Below, one piece after another: positions 9,701 through 19,254 of a stretch of 64,000 bases of DNA. A model generated the notes under the pieces. That model had not been told where the DNA came from, did not search any database, and was given only the letters and a program-made list of their open reading frames with translations. Origin of the DNA: Candidatus Aminicenantes bacterium (lineage in GTDB: Bacteria; Acidobacteriota; Aminicenantia; UBA2199); the NCBI GenBank assembly GCA_030639305.1, contig DAOWCY010000010.1, positions 2,773 through 66,772 of the forward strand, given 5' to 3'. The position numbers were made by a program, and so were the translations under genes. How positions within the stretch are numbered: the first letter of the stretch is position 1; the number at the start of each line of letters is the position of its first letter.

Positions 9701-11350
9701 GGCGCCATCCAGGGCCTGTCCCCACAAATCAAGGCGTTCATTGGTCGAGCCAATCGATACCAGGGCCGCTTCAGCCAATGACAGTACATCGGTCATATTG
9801 CGATTTTCGATATCCGGCGATACCTGGCTGAGGACAAATTTAATATTTTCATTTATCCGGTTTTTTTCAGCATTAGAAATCCCAACCCCATTTTGTTTTT
9901 CCAGCTTCTGGCAAGTATCGCAGTTTTTTCCAACATCACCATCTGTGGAATATTGATATACTTTACCATCCTTAAGTAAAGTAACCGCAGTGGGACTGGC
10001 GGCAGCCAGTTCAAAATCAAAAACGATGGATTTTCCCGATTGAACAAAATCCTCTACAATTCTTCCGGCTGCTGTATATATTGTCTGTTTATACCTATGG
10101 TCCAGCCCTGCAATTTTTTGAGGAGTGTATTCCAGGTAGTACAATATAGCAATCTCCGGGCCTTTTAATAAGGAATCGTACTGTTGAACTAATTCTGGAT
10201 TTATTTTGCTTTCTACCAGGTAAATCACATCCTGTCCGCTAAATCGTTCGTCATACTGGTTGGCGGTTCCCGGGTTACAACCGGCTTTCACCAAACAAAC
10301 AACTTGCTCTCCATTAAACCTTTCACTGCTATATTGATTCACTTCTTCAAAAGAGCAGTTAAGCCGGATTAACTCTATGATTTCTTCAAACTTGAATCGT
10401 TCTCGAAATTCGTTTGCTGTTCCCGGGACACAGCCCATTTTATACAATGAGATAATTTCTTCGCAATTGAATTGCTCATACTCATTTGCAATGTCCGGGC
10501 CACAACCGGCTTTCACCAAATCGACGACCTGTTTCCCGTTAAATTTTTCACTGCTATATTGATTCACTTCTCCAAAAGAGCAGTTAAGCCGGATCAACTC
10601 TATGATTTCTTCAAACTTGAATCGTTCTCGAAACTCGTTTGCTATTCTCGGGACGCAGCCTAACTTATATAACGAGGCAATTTCTTCACCACTGAAACGC
10701 ACGTAATCATTTGCAATTTCAGGACCACAACCGGCCCCCATCAGCTTCACAATATCACGACCACTAAATTTGAACTGGTTCTTATTGTAAAGTGTAGCAG
10801 TGTCTGGACTGATTTCATTTTCAAAAAAGCCTGCAATATAAAAGCCGTTAAATTTACTGTCATATGTATCCGCATCTGCAGGATAACACTTTACTTTGTG
10901 CAATTGACAGATATCCCATGCCGAAAGTCGATAATGGTATTGTTCGGCGATCTCTAAAGGACATTTTTCCTTGAATAGTTTGATGACATCGTCCATGCGG
11001 AACCGTTCCGAATGCATAGAGTTTGCTACCTCCGGCAGTATTCCAGCTTTGTATAGATTCATAATTTCAGTCTTGTCGAACCTGGAATTGTAATGATTGG
11101 CAGTTTCAGGTGATACACCTGCCACAAATAGTTTAAATACACTCTTCCCGGTAAACCTCCCGTCGTACTTGACCGCTACCTCATTGGGACAATTTGCTTT
11201 CAATAACCAAACCACTGTGTCACCATTGAACCTGTTATCGTAGCTATTGGCTTGCTCCGGTGTTTTTTCCAACATTTTCAACTCTTCTATTTGATATCGA
11301 TTAAACCGCTCATCAAACACATCCTTCATATTTTTTCTTTGATTACTCAT
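6761..11350 (-). CDS. Large protein: N-terminal ~25-aa tandem repeats, helical/TPR region, C-terminal CHAT protease
   Basis: Repeat F.G.EI..L.KAGC.P..AN.Y..R; TPR-like CFVNKGEILLELSRIEEASGCFEKAL; CHAT LHIATHG/VVLSACST/ATRWQVAD/HPFYWGVF. Confidence 0.88.
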   Translation of the reverse strand: MSNQRKNMKDVFDERFNRYQIEELKMLEKTPEQANSYDNRFNGDTVVWLLKANCPNEVAVKYDGRFTGKSVFKLFVAGVSPETANHYNSRFDKTEIMNLYKAGILPEVANSMHSERFRMDDVIKLFKEKCPLEIAEQYHYRLSAWDICQLHKVKCYPADADTYDSKFNGFYIAGFFENEISPDTATLYNKNQFKFSGRDIVKLMGAGCGPEIANDYVRFSGEEIASLYKLGCVPRIANEFRERFKFEEIIELIRLNCSFGEVNQYSSEKFNGKQVVDLVKAGCGPDIANEYEQFNCEEIISLYKMGCVPGTANEFRERFKFEEIIELIRLNCSFEEVNQYSSERFNGEQVVCLVKAGCNPGTANQYDERFSGQDVIYLVESKINPELVQQYDSLLKGPEIAILYYLEYTPQKIAGLDHRYKQTIYTAAGRIVEDFVQSGKSIVFDFELAAASPTAVTLLKDGKVYQYSTDGDVGKNCDTCQKLEKQNGVGISNAEKNRINENIKFVLSQVSPDIENRNMTDVLSLAEAALVSIGSTNERLDLWGQALDGAYRQDPITEGIEQWVSTGWKLAKQQLTSRIRELNLDVGLVESDPLSAINSVYEYGSELYGRYKLEAFRVAQLYYYYFSHIVIERTKKEEADKFRVYSIGIGVKVVGFAYSAGCYYECIALAKNIFERVFEKMNHDVFLFFPEEIREETHNCLYWIFQSAARAGKKIKRFPDALDWSIRAESFVSSLGKDKARMKSDCFVNKGEILLELSRIEEASGCFEKALQVPGLTPREVKDKKREIETINAEIIGDFAMAIDVAFTGLLSKEDRETIKGVYQSAVIGDIQAKDISLATKIIEKALSKDSLEKLRRDTAMEKYPAELAKFRGQLAPLFARAALSDEDFTTAESFIPGIEKLATGDTPDQLDAALLLVRYRINKGESVTWESISSIVSRIFGLPRIEILNHLLELTAIILDLDDQELEKAATAVAALVNEIIFDSEEVVTPTAVVQESAIGMGTIDLFLMLLVKMTGIENSDTDWLGNVSRLKCLCSYRGQRKQKEAELYRYTSELPEAATRQVKEETESLARHSLEIAEKRSPDVKEKELELMTLLYPLFSRTRSNRDVQTYDIHYPEIVHIETASYLLTAAYEAPIVSVVLANNGSQIHYPGDEISRTDARDYLEFLKRPVYLDYVVEIGLKLKEALLMIAGDDELPYLMGVRSTGVYHRIPLEALPLAIDKERKKITRWVGEELTSVLLTGQNKDMEILEEPFTIKSIAVFANSFFGDKFPGLPGTVKEAEAIVGVFREAGNRCASLFEMNKIFPGSAGKKELPADPPVTGELSSDAQPKATFNRWGYSRLRNWMKEGPNFFAVTDASIELFLEHESNRENFLQLSGEKAPQVLHIATHGITYEDNPSSSFIALSGENSQGEHILGAVGYHDIILMDLRGCELVVLSACSTHEGKSILGEGVMGLAWAFKAAGAKAIIATRWQVADEVGVVFWRKFYENLCDRLSIGEAFHDARQHIIRQEKWRHPFYWGVFQLIV
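10120..11314 (-). repeat. Intragenic tandem repeat of ~25 aa (about 16 units), including a recent 225-bp (3-unit) duplication
   Basis: tttcactgctatattgattcacttc...aaaagagcagttaagccggat...aactctatgatttcttcaaacttgaatcgttctcgaaa starts at 10321 and again at 10546. Confidence 0.85.
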
Positions 11351-11453
11351 TATTAAATCCTCCTCGCGATTTTTTCGCTTTCAAACCCCGGGTACCGCGA
11401 CGTATCGTTATTATTATACTTAGTTTACCCATTATCTGGTCTCCTGTTATTTC

Positions 11454-14408
11454 TTACACGATTAACTGGAATACTCCCCAATAAAAAGGATGATTCCACT
11501 TTTCCTGTCTGATGATTTGCTGCCTGGATTCATGAAATGCTTTTCCTATAGATAATCCATTACATAAATTTTCATAAAACTTTCTCCAGAATACAACCGC
11601 CATTTCATCATCTACCTGCCACCGTGTCGCGATTACCGCTTTCGCCCCCGCCGCCTTAAAAGCCCACGCCAATCCCATTATCCCTTCTCCCAATATACTC
11701 CTACCCTCATGCGTAGAACAGGCACTCAATACCACCAAATCACACCGACGCAAATCCATCAAGATTATATCATGATACCCCACTGCTCCCAATATAGGCT
11801 CTCCTTGAGATTTCTTTCCCGAAAGCGCTATAAAACTCGCCGACGGATTATCCTCATAAGTAATCCCATGGGTCGCTATATGTAGTATTTGAGGCGCTCC
11901 CTCTCCCGATAATCGCAAAAAATTCTCCCGGTTGGATTCGGTTTCACGGTAAATATCTACCTTTCTGTCCGTTCCTTCGTCCTCCCTGGATACATCCACG
12001 ATAGCTTCTGTTTCTTTTACTGTCCCGGACAAACCCGGGTACCTGTCCCCAAATGAAGAATTGGCAAATACAGCTATACTCTTTATCGGTAATGGCTTCT
12101 CTAAGATTTCCATATCTTTGTTTGGCCCGGTTAACAAAACAGATGTCATTTCCTCCCCTACCCAATGCTTTATCTCATCCGTATTTTCATCCACAACTAA
12201 CGGCAGGGTTTCCAGCGGGATTCGATGATAAACCCCGGTAGATCGTACTCCCATTAAATATGGCAGCGTCGATATATCAGCCATGGGCAGCAATACACTC
12301 CTGAGACGCCGGCCTATATCAACGATATATTCCAGGAATTCCGGTTGTTTCAAAAATTCCCGGTAATCCAGGGCATCGCCCCTTTCAACTTCAGTCTGCG
12401 GCGCATACGTTCCCCAACTCCTACCGGTACATTCCACACTTATTACTGGCGCATCTCCCTCTTCCTGCTCATAAAAATTCGCTGTCTCGATGTGGGTGAT
12501 TTCCGGGTATAAAATTTCGTAGGTTCGCTCGTTTCGATACCACCGGTCCCGGCTGAATAGCGGATACAACAATGTCATCAATTCCTGCTCTTTCTCTTGC
12601 ACTGCTGCATACCCTTTATTACTGTTTTCTAAACTGTACCGGGCCAGGGTTTCAGCTGCTTCTTTCACCTGCCGGGTCGTTTCACCGAGTAGTTCCGAAG
12701 CATACCTGTAAAGCGCCGCTTCCTTTTGCTTTCCCTGCCCCCGGTAACTGCATAAGTACTTGAGCCGGGATATGCTCTCCAACCACCAACTTGAATTTTC
12801 CGGCACAACCCGGGCTGTATAAAACAACAGCGTTAGAAAAGACTCAATTATACCCATCCTGAATGCAGTCTGCTGCACCACTGCTGTAAGCGTTCGCTCT
12901 TCTTTATCATAGAAGGTAACTTTTTTCACTAACCCGGCAACCGTTTCCGAGGCTTTCAATAACTCTTTCTGCTCCATGACTAAAAGAATATAGGAAACGT
13001 CCAATAAATAATTTAGTATCTCGATCCCGGGTAGCTCGAGCAGCTTCGATACCAATGGTGATACAGTCTGCCAATCCACCTGCTTTCCTATATGCTGCCT
13101 GTAACGCACCAGGAAAAAAGCTGCATCCAATCGAAACCGGTCAGCTATTTCACTTTTAGCCAGTTCCTCTATCCCCGGGATGAGAGTTTCCAGCTTCTCG
13201 ATATCACCATCCTGTATAGCAATACGGGCAGATTGAACGATTAACCGGTGTTTTACCCCGTTCAACTCCTCTACTATACCGTTTAAAGATGTGTTTTGGG
13301 CAATTTCAGCCAGGGATTCGGGACTTAGGTATGTTTCCAGCATCTCTGCAGCTTTCGATAGTTTATCATGGTCTATATTGCCGGTTACTATAGATTCGAT
13401 TATCTTATCCAGTGTTTCCACATCTTCTTCTCCCGGTACACCGGGTAGAAGGGCCCTGTAAATAGTTCTAAAATCCCCTGTTATTTCACCAGTCGCAAAA
13501 TCTACCCGTTTTTTTGCATCATTAAGTTCCCTGTCTGTCAATCCCTGTACAGCCAATGATTTTTGCAGCCAGGTCTGCGCTTCTGCGGCCTGTCCCAATG
13601 CGATCAATACTTCCCCTCTCCTGGCGAAATAATCGCTTTTCATCCAGGCATCATCTATTAAAGAGACATAAGGTTCTGTACGTTTCGACCAATACAGGGC
13701 TTCCGAAAATCGCCCGATTTTTGCAGCCGCTTTAACGGCATTGAATCCTACCACAAATATCTTGTTCGTAATATCCTGTTTCATTTCATCCGGCAAGGAT
13801 GTAAACCAGTCACTGATTTTGAATTCTTCATACATTTCACCTAAGATTTTGCAGGTTGCCAAGCATTCGTAATGATATTCGGCGATATTCGCGAATCCCA
13901 CCATATGTACACCGATACAAAAAGTGTACGCTTTTTCCTCTTCAACCAATTCGATAGGCGTTTTTTTTGTATCAAATAAAAAATCATAAAAATATACCTG
14001 GGATACCCGGAACGCTTCGAGGTTATATTTTTTATACAGCGGAGAGCCGATTTGATAAACCTTGACAATAGCTGTTAGAGTATCCCTTGTGAGGTCCTGG
14101 TCCAGGTTTAACTGGAGCAATCGTTTTACCAGCTGGTCCCGTGCCAGGTAAACTCCATGAGTAATCCACTGTTCAATTTCTTCGGGAATGGGGTTTTGAC
14201 GGTAAGCGCTGAAAATAGCCTGTCCCCAAAGATCGAGTTTTTCGACCGGCGGCCCCTGCGACACCAGCGCCGCTTCAACCAGTGTCAACACATCCATCAT
14301 ATCGCGCTTTTCCATATCAGGTGACACCTGGCTGAGAATAAATTCAATGTTATCCTGCCTTTCTTCTTCGTTGTTACCAGTCACTATGTTATGTTTTTTT
14401 TCATCCAT
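11454..14408 (-). CDS. TPR-CHAT protease (paralog of the C-terminal ~1030 aa of 6761..11350)
   Basis: Starts NIEFILSQVSPD (paralog: NIKFVLSQVSPD); CHAT LHIATHG/LVVLSACST/HPFYWGVFQLIV; GGAGG RBS. Confidence 0.9.
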   Translation of the reverse strand: MDEKKHNIVTGNNEEERQDNIEFILSQVSPDMEKRDMMDVLTLVEAALVSQGPPVEKLDLWGQAIFSAYRQNPIPEEIEQWITHGVYLARDQLVKRLLQLNLDQDLTRDTLTAIVKVYQIGSPLYKKYNLEAFRVSQVYFYDFLFDTKKTPIELVEEEKAYTFCIGVHMVGFANIAEYHYECLATCKILGEMYEEFKISDWFTSLPDEMKQDITNKIFVVGFNAVKAAAKIGRFSEALYWSKRTEPYVSLIDDAWMKSDYFARRGEVLIALGQAAEAQTWLQKSLAVQGLTDRELNDAKKRVDFATGEITGDFRTIYRALLPGVPGEEDVETLDKIIESIVTGNIDHDKLSKAAEMLETYLSPESLAEIAQNTSLNGIVEELNGVKHRLIVQSARIAIQDGDIEKLETLIPGIEELAKSEIADRFRLDAAFFLVRYRQHIGKQVDWQTVSPLVSKLLELPGIEILNYLLDVSYILLVMEQKELLKASETVAGLVKKVTFYDKEERTLTAVVQQTAFRMGIIESFLTLLFYTARVVPENSSWWLESISRLKYLCSYRGQGKQKEAALYRYASELLGETTRQVKEAAETLARYSLENSNKGYAAVQEKEQELMTLLYPLFSRDRWYRNERTYEILYPEITHIETANFYEQEEGDAPVISVECTGRSWGTYAPQTEVERGDALDYREFLKQPEFLEYIVDIGRRLRSVLLPMADISTLPYLMGVRSTGVYHRIPLETLPLVVDENTDEIKHWVGEEMTSVLLTGPNKDMEILEKPLPIKSIAVFANSSFGDRYPGLSGTVKETEAIVDVSREDEGTDRKVDIYRETESNRENFLRLSGEGAPQILHIATHGITYEDNPSASFIALSGKKSQGEPILGAVGYHDIILMDLRRCDLVVLSACSTHEGRSILGEGIMGLAWAFKAAGAKAVIATRWQVDDEMAVVFWRKFYENLCNGLSIGKAFHESRQQIIRQEKWNHPFYWGVFQLIV

Positions 14409-14429
14409 ATTATTACCTCCGGTTTCCTT

Positions 14430-14491
14430 ATTATAATTGGAAACCTATCTTATCTGCAATCAAAATAGTCCCGAAAGTGTTAAAAATAGTC
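14430..14491 (-). promoter_or_regulatory. Shared regulon promoter, copy A (direct repeats + TATAAT) upstream of the TPR-CHAT gene
   Basis: Minus strand: GACTATTTT-taacactttcgg-GACTATTTT-ga-TTGCAG-18 nt-TATAAT; half-sites 21 bp apart. Confidence 0.8.
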
Positions 14492-14645
14492 TTTTTCCGC
14501 CCCGGTTCCTCTATTTGCTGTAATCCCCGCATCTCGTAGCGCACGCACCTAGATTAGTCATAACGTGAAACCTTCCCCGACTGTCTACCCGGGCGGCCGT
14601 TCCCGGCATTCATTATTCATAATGCGGTTCTCTTAATCCTAAAGA

Positions 14646-14707
14646 GACTATTTTGTACAATTTTCGGACTATTTTTATCGCTTCACGGCACACATAGGGA
14701 TTATAAT
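14646..14707 (+). promoter_or_regulatory. Shared regulon promoter, copy B upstream of the Hsp70/tubulin gene run
   Basis: GACTATTTT (14646) and GACTATTTT (14667), TCGCTT, 18 nt, TATAAT (14702). Confidence 0.8.
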
Positions 14708-14809
14708 CGCACATGATGACTAAGATAAAAAAAATAAAAATTGCCGGGCAGTTCCAGGGGCAAAACATACGTTCGGTTTTAAGTTACAAAAAAAAGGAGA
14801 TAGATCAGG

Positions 14810-17659
14810 ATGATTAGATGCAGTAAATGCAATCAATGGGCAATCAAAGATACTGATGATTATTGCAGTTTCTGTGGATTTCTTCAACTGGATATTTCTG
14901 TTGAGCCACAGGATATAGTTCTTATATCCGGGATCGTGGCAGAGACAAAAATTACGTTTAGCAACAGCGGCGACAAAAACCACCACATAGAAATTTTGCA
15001 GGCAAAAGGTAATTTCAAGGGATTGGAATTTTCAGCATCAAATGCCTTCGCCCTGGACGCGGGAAGTCGCGAGGAGATTGGAATTCACTTAGTAGAAGAC
15101 CTACTTCCGGAGAATTTTACCACTGAAGAATTGGACTTTGTGTGCTTGATAGACAGCGACGAGCGTAAAACCATAAATTTTAAAGTTATTGTGAAAACAG
15201 GTCCAAAACCCGCAGTCCTGATCGATGAAATCAAATTCGGAGACGTGGAGGAAGAGAAGGAAATAGAAAGTTGGACGGAAATTGCCAATAAAGGAGGAAT
15301 TCCTCTAAAGATAAAAGATGTCCGGGTTATAGGCAGCAGCCAATTTAAAATAGAATCAGGGGATATCTTTAATCCTATTTTCCCAAACCGGAAGCTCAGG
15401 ATACCGGTAACCTGGAAATCACCTAAAGCCGAGTCTAACCACAAACGGGAACTCATAAAGATGAAAGTCGATTTTGAAAATTTCCCTGAAAGCTTATTTA
15501 TTCCAATCAAAGGGAGGTTGTTTAAGTATAATTTCCGGGCGGAACCGAACAAAATCCAGATCGATGAAGCCCTCTCAAAGCAGGTTTACTCGAAAAAAAT
15601 AACATTAATCAACGAAGGAACGAAAGATGTGGAAATCACCGCCATCGAACCGGACCGGGAGTGGATAAAAGCCGTAAGCAGGACAAAATCTTTTACGCTT
15701 TTATGTGAAGATTCGGTTTCAAAAAAAACCGCGGCGGATGCCACCGTTTTTGGTGGTAAATATACCTTCGAATTGGTCTTTTTTCCACAAAAATTAGAAG
15801 CTGGCTTGAATAAAGGAAAGGTTACGGTTTATACCACAAAAAAAGATTTCCAGGTTGGAATCGATATCCAGTTGTTTGTTATTTATCCGACCAATTGTAA
15901 CGATTACATCGGGATCGATTTCGGCACCACAAATTCCGTGGTTGCTATCTGGGATGATGAAGAGGCTGACCTTCGCCTGGTGGAGGATGAAAATCCCGTG
16001 ACCGGATCTCGAACCCCCTTGATTCCAAGCGTACTGGTTTTCCAGGGCCGGCCCGATAATTATAAAATCGGTACGGAAGCCGAATCGGAGGCCGATGTTT
16101 ACCCGGAAATGACCGTACGTTCTATAAAGCGGGTAATGGGATATGGAAACGACAGGGTTTTCTTCGAGCAAAATTTCTCGCCGGAAGACCTGGCTGCTCT
16201 TATTATAAAAAAGTTGATCGAGTTTGCTGAAGAACGCTTATACAGGCTTAATAAGGGGCGGACGAGCCCATATCTCGATATCAGGAAAGCGATTGTTACC
16301 GTACCCGCGAATTTTTATGATCTCCAGATAAGGGGTATTCTCACTGCCTGTGAAAAAGCCGGTATCGATATTGAAGAGAAACAGGCAAAAGAAGCCGCGG
16401 ACAAACTAAAAAAAGCGATCGGTCATGACATAAATGCCGGTATCATCCTCGACGAACCCTCAGCAGCCGCATTATTCTATCTCAGCAAGTTCCAGGAAGA
16501 AAACAAATTAGAAAATGAGTTTAACGAAAAGTTTTCAAAAAACAAAAATATCCACTTTCTTATTTTCGACTACGGCGGGGGTACGCTGGATGTTTCGGTG
16601 GTCCAGATCAACAAATTGGAAAATAAGAACATCGGTATTAAAGTCCTTGCCAATAAAGGAGACAACCTGATCGGTGGCGATAGTATCGATTTATCTATTA
16701 TGAAAGAGCTTTTAAAGATTTGCAAGAAATCCGTAAAAGGTTTCGATATCTCGCTGGTTTCCCAGAATTTCAATGAATTGGAGAAGAGACGTCAAACGGA
16801 AAATTGGAACCGGTTTATCTGGGCTGAAGTTCTACGTGTCCGTTCACAATGGAAAAATGCGGCGGAGAAAATAAAAATAGCTATAGATAAAAAAGAAAAA
16901 TTCGAATTCAAAATAAATAGTCGAAACGAGGAAATATTCAATATAAATGACGGAAAATTGCATTTCATAAAAGGGGAATTCAAAGTAATGATCACACGAG
17001 AACAGGTAATCGGTTGGATAAAAGGGCTTTTGGATAAATGTAAAAATGTAGTCGGTGAAGCGCTTTCACTTGCGGATATCGAAGCTGCCGATATCGATTA
17101 CATTATACACACCGGGCGTTCCAGCTTAATGCCTAATATCCAGCAGGACATTTCCACTCTTTTCCGGCATTTGAACGATGAACATGTGATCCTGGACAAA
17201 AAAAATTTAAAAATCTGTGTTGCCAAGGGAGCCGCCCTTTATGGTTTGCTGCGCTCCGGTATCCAGACGGAACATAATGTACGGCTGGTAAGTGGAGGGC
17301 GTCGGCTGCCCCACAGTTACGGAGTACAGGTAATGAGAATAACGAAACCGATGTTCGAGCCGATCATCGAAACCGGCACCAAGTATCCCACAGAAAAAAC
17401 CAAACATTATGATGATCCGGGCAGCCGATTCCTGACTTTACGATTTCTCCAAAATTCGAGTGTCAACAACAATATCAAAGGAAATCCCGATATTCGTGTC
17501 ATTGGAGCGATTACCGTGGATACCCTGGCCGATAATGTGCCGGGCTGTGATGTTAAATTCATGATCGACGCAAACCGGAAAATGGAAGTAAGCGCAGACG
17601 GCGTCCCCGTGCAAATTAAACCCGCCCGGTTGGAAGATGAAGACCGTTGGATAGGATAA
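14810..17659 (+). CDS. Hsp70/DnaK-family ATPase with N-terminal zinc ribbon and Ig-like (ASH/BACON-type) domains
   Basis: CSKC...CSFCG; Ig-like segments (ITFSNSG, EIANKGGIPLKI, ITLINEGTKDVEI); Hsp70 motifs GIDFGTTNS, IVTVPANF, LDEPSAAA, FDYGGGTLDVS, GGDSID, TGRSSLMP, VAKGAA. Confidence 0.9.
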   Translation: MIRCSKCNQWAIKDTDDYCSFCGFLQLDISVEPQDIVLISGIVAETKITFSNSGDKNHHIEILQAKGNFKGLEFSASNAFALDAGSREEIGIHLVEDLLPENFTTEELDFVCLIDSDERKTINFKVIVKTGPKPAVLIDEIKFGDVEEEKEIESWTEIANKGGIPLKIKDVRVIGSSQFKIESGDIFNPIFPNRKLRIPVTWKSPKAESNHKRELIKMKVDFENFPESLFIPIKGRLFKYNFRAEPNKIQIDEALSKQVYSKKITLINEGTKDVEITAIEPDREWIKAVSRTKSFTLLCEDSVSKKTAADATVFGGKYTFELVFFPQKLEAGLNKGKVTVYTTKKDFQVGIDIQLFVIYPTNCNDYIGIDFGTTNSVVAIWDDEEADLRLVEDENPVTGSRTPLIPSVLVFQGRPDNYKIGTEAESEADVYPEMTVRSIKRVMGYGNDRVFFEQNFSPEDLAALIIKKLIEFAEERLYRLNKGRTSPYLDIRKAIVTVPANFYDLQIRGILTACEKAGIDIEEKQAKEAADKLKKAIGHDINAGIILDEPSAAALFYLSKFQEENKLENEFNEKFSKNKNIHFLIFDYGGGTLDVSVVQINKLENKNIGIKVLANKGDNLIGGDSIDLSIMKELLKICKKSVKGFDISLVSQNFNELEKRRQTENWNRFIWAEVLRVRSQWKNAAEKIKIAIDKKEKFEFKINSRNEEIFNINDGKLHFIKGEFKVMITREQVIGWIKGLLDKCKNVVGEALSLADIEAADIDYIIHTGRSSLMPNIQQDISTLFRHLNDEHVILDKKNLKICVAKGAALYGLLRSGIQTEHNVRLVSGGRRLPHSYGVQVMRITKPMFEPIIETGTKYPTEKTKHYDDPGSRFLTLRFLQNSSVNNNIKGNPDIRVIGAITVDTLADNVPGCDVKFMIDANRKMEVSADGVPVQIKPARLEDEDRWIG

Positions 17660-17663
17660 AAAG

Positions 17664-19235
17664 ATGAGACCGCGCTTGATAATCGATTTTAGAGACCGCT
17701 GCTTATTTAGTCTTTTAATAGATGGGTCGGGTAATATTCGCACCTGCACCCACAATATCGGGGAGTATACGCTGAAATACTTCTTTGGAGAAATTTTCTT
17801 AGACCCGGATATTTATCTTAACATGAACGAAGAGAGGGCCCGTGATTTGTTTTCCAGGTTTAAAAACGGCACCCGTGACATCGTGCGCATAGGCCGGGAA
17901 AACGGCTGGCTGCGGCCGTACCGGGTGGCGCCGGGACAGGCTGCCCTACCTTTAAAGAACCCTTTGCATCTACTTTCTTCTCCCTATCTTTCCGATAGTG
18001 AATCGATAAACGGCTTAATTATCGGGGCATCGAGGATCATCCTGGAATTTTTATTGGAACCGGTCATAGGTTTTCTAAAAGAGAACGAATTTAGCCTAAA
18101 AGGAATCGATGTGACGGCCGCTGTCCCCAGTTATTTCAGTCGCCGTGCCCGGCTGATGCTGCACCTTGTGTTTCGGAAAGTAGGATTTAACAGGACCACG
18201 ATCGTATCGAGAGAGATAGCCGCGGCTATGACCTGTATCGAGAGTATCTCCACAGGCATTGTAAACATATTGGATATGGAGAATGAGGACACCCATTTAC
18301 ACCGGATAAAAATCGACAAATCGGGCAGTGCGGTGCAAATCGAGTGCCGCCGGAGTGAGACCATTCGCGGTGTAGGATGGCGGCCTATAACTACAAAACT
18401 GGGACACCTGCTTTTAAAGAAGAAAAAGATTAAAGAGCAGCCCGGGATTTACAGGGCACATATCGATAATGCTTTTATGGGATTAATTTTCGATGGAATT
18501 TCAACCGGCATTCCATCGAATCCGCCGCTGAAAGTAACAAGAAAACTGGTGGATGAATTATTGTTAAGAAACCCGGGAAAGAGGCTCCTGCAGCAGGACC
18601 CCTTTAAACGGCTGAAGGACTCGTTAGACCGGATTCAAAAAGAGAATGAAACGGTTATCCCGCTTGGAATGCCCTTTATGATAGGGGATATTGAAACGGT
18701 CATGCTGCCTGATTCTATTCCCGGTGGATTAGCTGGACTGCTGGCGCGCCGCCCCCTGGAAAGGACGGCTTATGGTCTTGCCTCAGGCTTCAGGTGGCTC
18801 AACCAAAATCCTGACCGGGAAATAAAAATAGGTGATAACTCGACCTTGCGACTGGTTACACAGCCGGGCAAGAGCGCAGCGCTTGCAGGTCCGCCATCCT
18901 TTCCCACAGCGCCCGGGGGCAGGCGAATCATCAAAAAAACATTCGACATTCACTTCGCTGAAGATGCAGCGGAAGACACTTTATATTTTAACCTGCAGTG
19001 GGGCGGCAGCGCGGATCCCGGGGCTAACATGAACCTATGCCTGCTCTCTTTGAACATAGACAGGGAAGAGGTAGAGAAAAACAAGAGGGTTTCGATTGTG
19101 CTGGAACTGCAAAAGGCCGGAACCGGGAAAAGTATACCGGGGCGTCTGACTGTAGAATTGGGCGCCAAACGTGAAACAGGAAAATTTGTGGTTATGCCCG
19201 GGATAACGGGAATCGGTTTTAAAGATATAAATTGA
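17664..19235 (+). CDS. Degenerate Hsp70/actin-fold protein (probable pseudo-ATPase)
   Basis: LIIDF, AAVPSYF...R....F.KVGF....IVSREIAAA and ILDM lie in Hsp70 order, but GT and GGGT phosphate-loop residues are absent. Confidence 0.6.
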   Translation: MRPRLIIDFRDRCLFSLLIDGSGNIRTCTHNIGEYTLKYFFGEIFLDPDIYLNMNEERARDLFSRFKNGTRDIVRIGRENGWLRPYRVAPGQAALPLKNPLHLLSSPYLSDSESINGLIIGASRIILEFLLEPVIGFLKENEFSLKGIDVTAAVPSYFSRRARLMLHLVFRKVGFNRTTIVSREIAAAMTCIESISTGIVNILDMENEDTHLHRIKIDKSGSAVQIECRRSETIRGVGWRPITTKLGHLLLKKKKIKEQPGIYRAHIDNAFMGLIFDGISTGIPSNPPLKVTRKLVDELLLRNPGKRLLQQDPFKRLKDSLDRIQKENETVIPLGMPFMIGDIETVMLPDSIPGGLAGLLARRPLERTAYGLASGFRWLNQNPDREIKIGDNSTLRLVTQPGKSAALAGPPSFPTAPGGRRIIKKTFDIHFAEDAAEDTLYFNLQWGGSADPGANMNLCLLSLNIDREEVEKNKRVSIVLELQKAGTGKSIPGRLTVELGAKRETGKFVVMPGITGIGFKDIN

Positions 19236-19254
19236 AATTAAAGGAGGATTTATC

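Noticed and set aside
9850-10060. Eroded kinase N-lobe between the repeat array and the TPR-CHAT body
   Set aside because: Only a vague resemblance; no Gly-rich loop, HRD or DFG motif.
6761-14408. TPR-CHAT as Csx29 of a type III-E CRISPR (Craspase) system
   Set aside because: No cas genes and no repeat-spacer array anywhere in the window.
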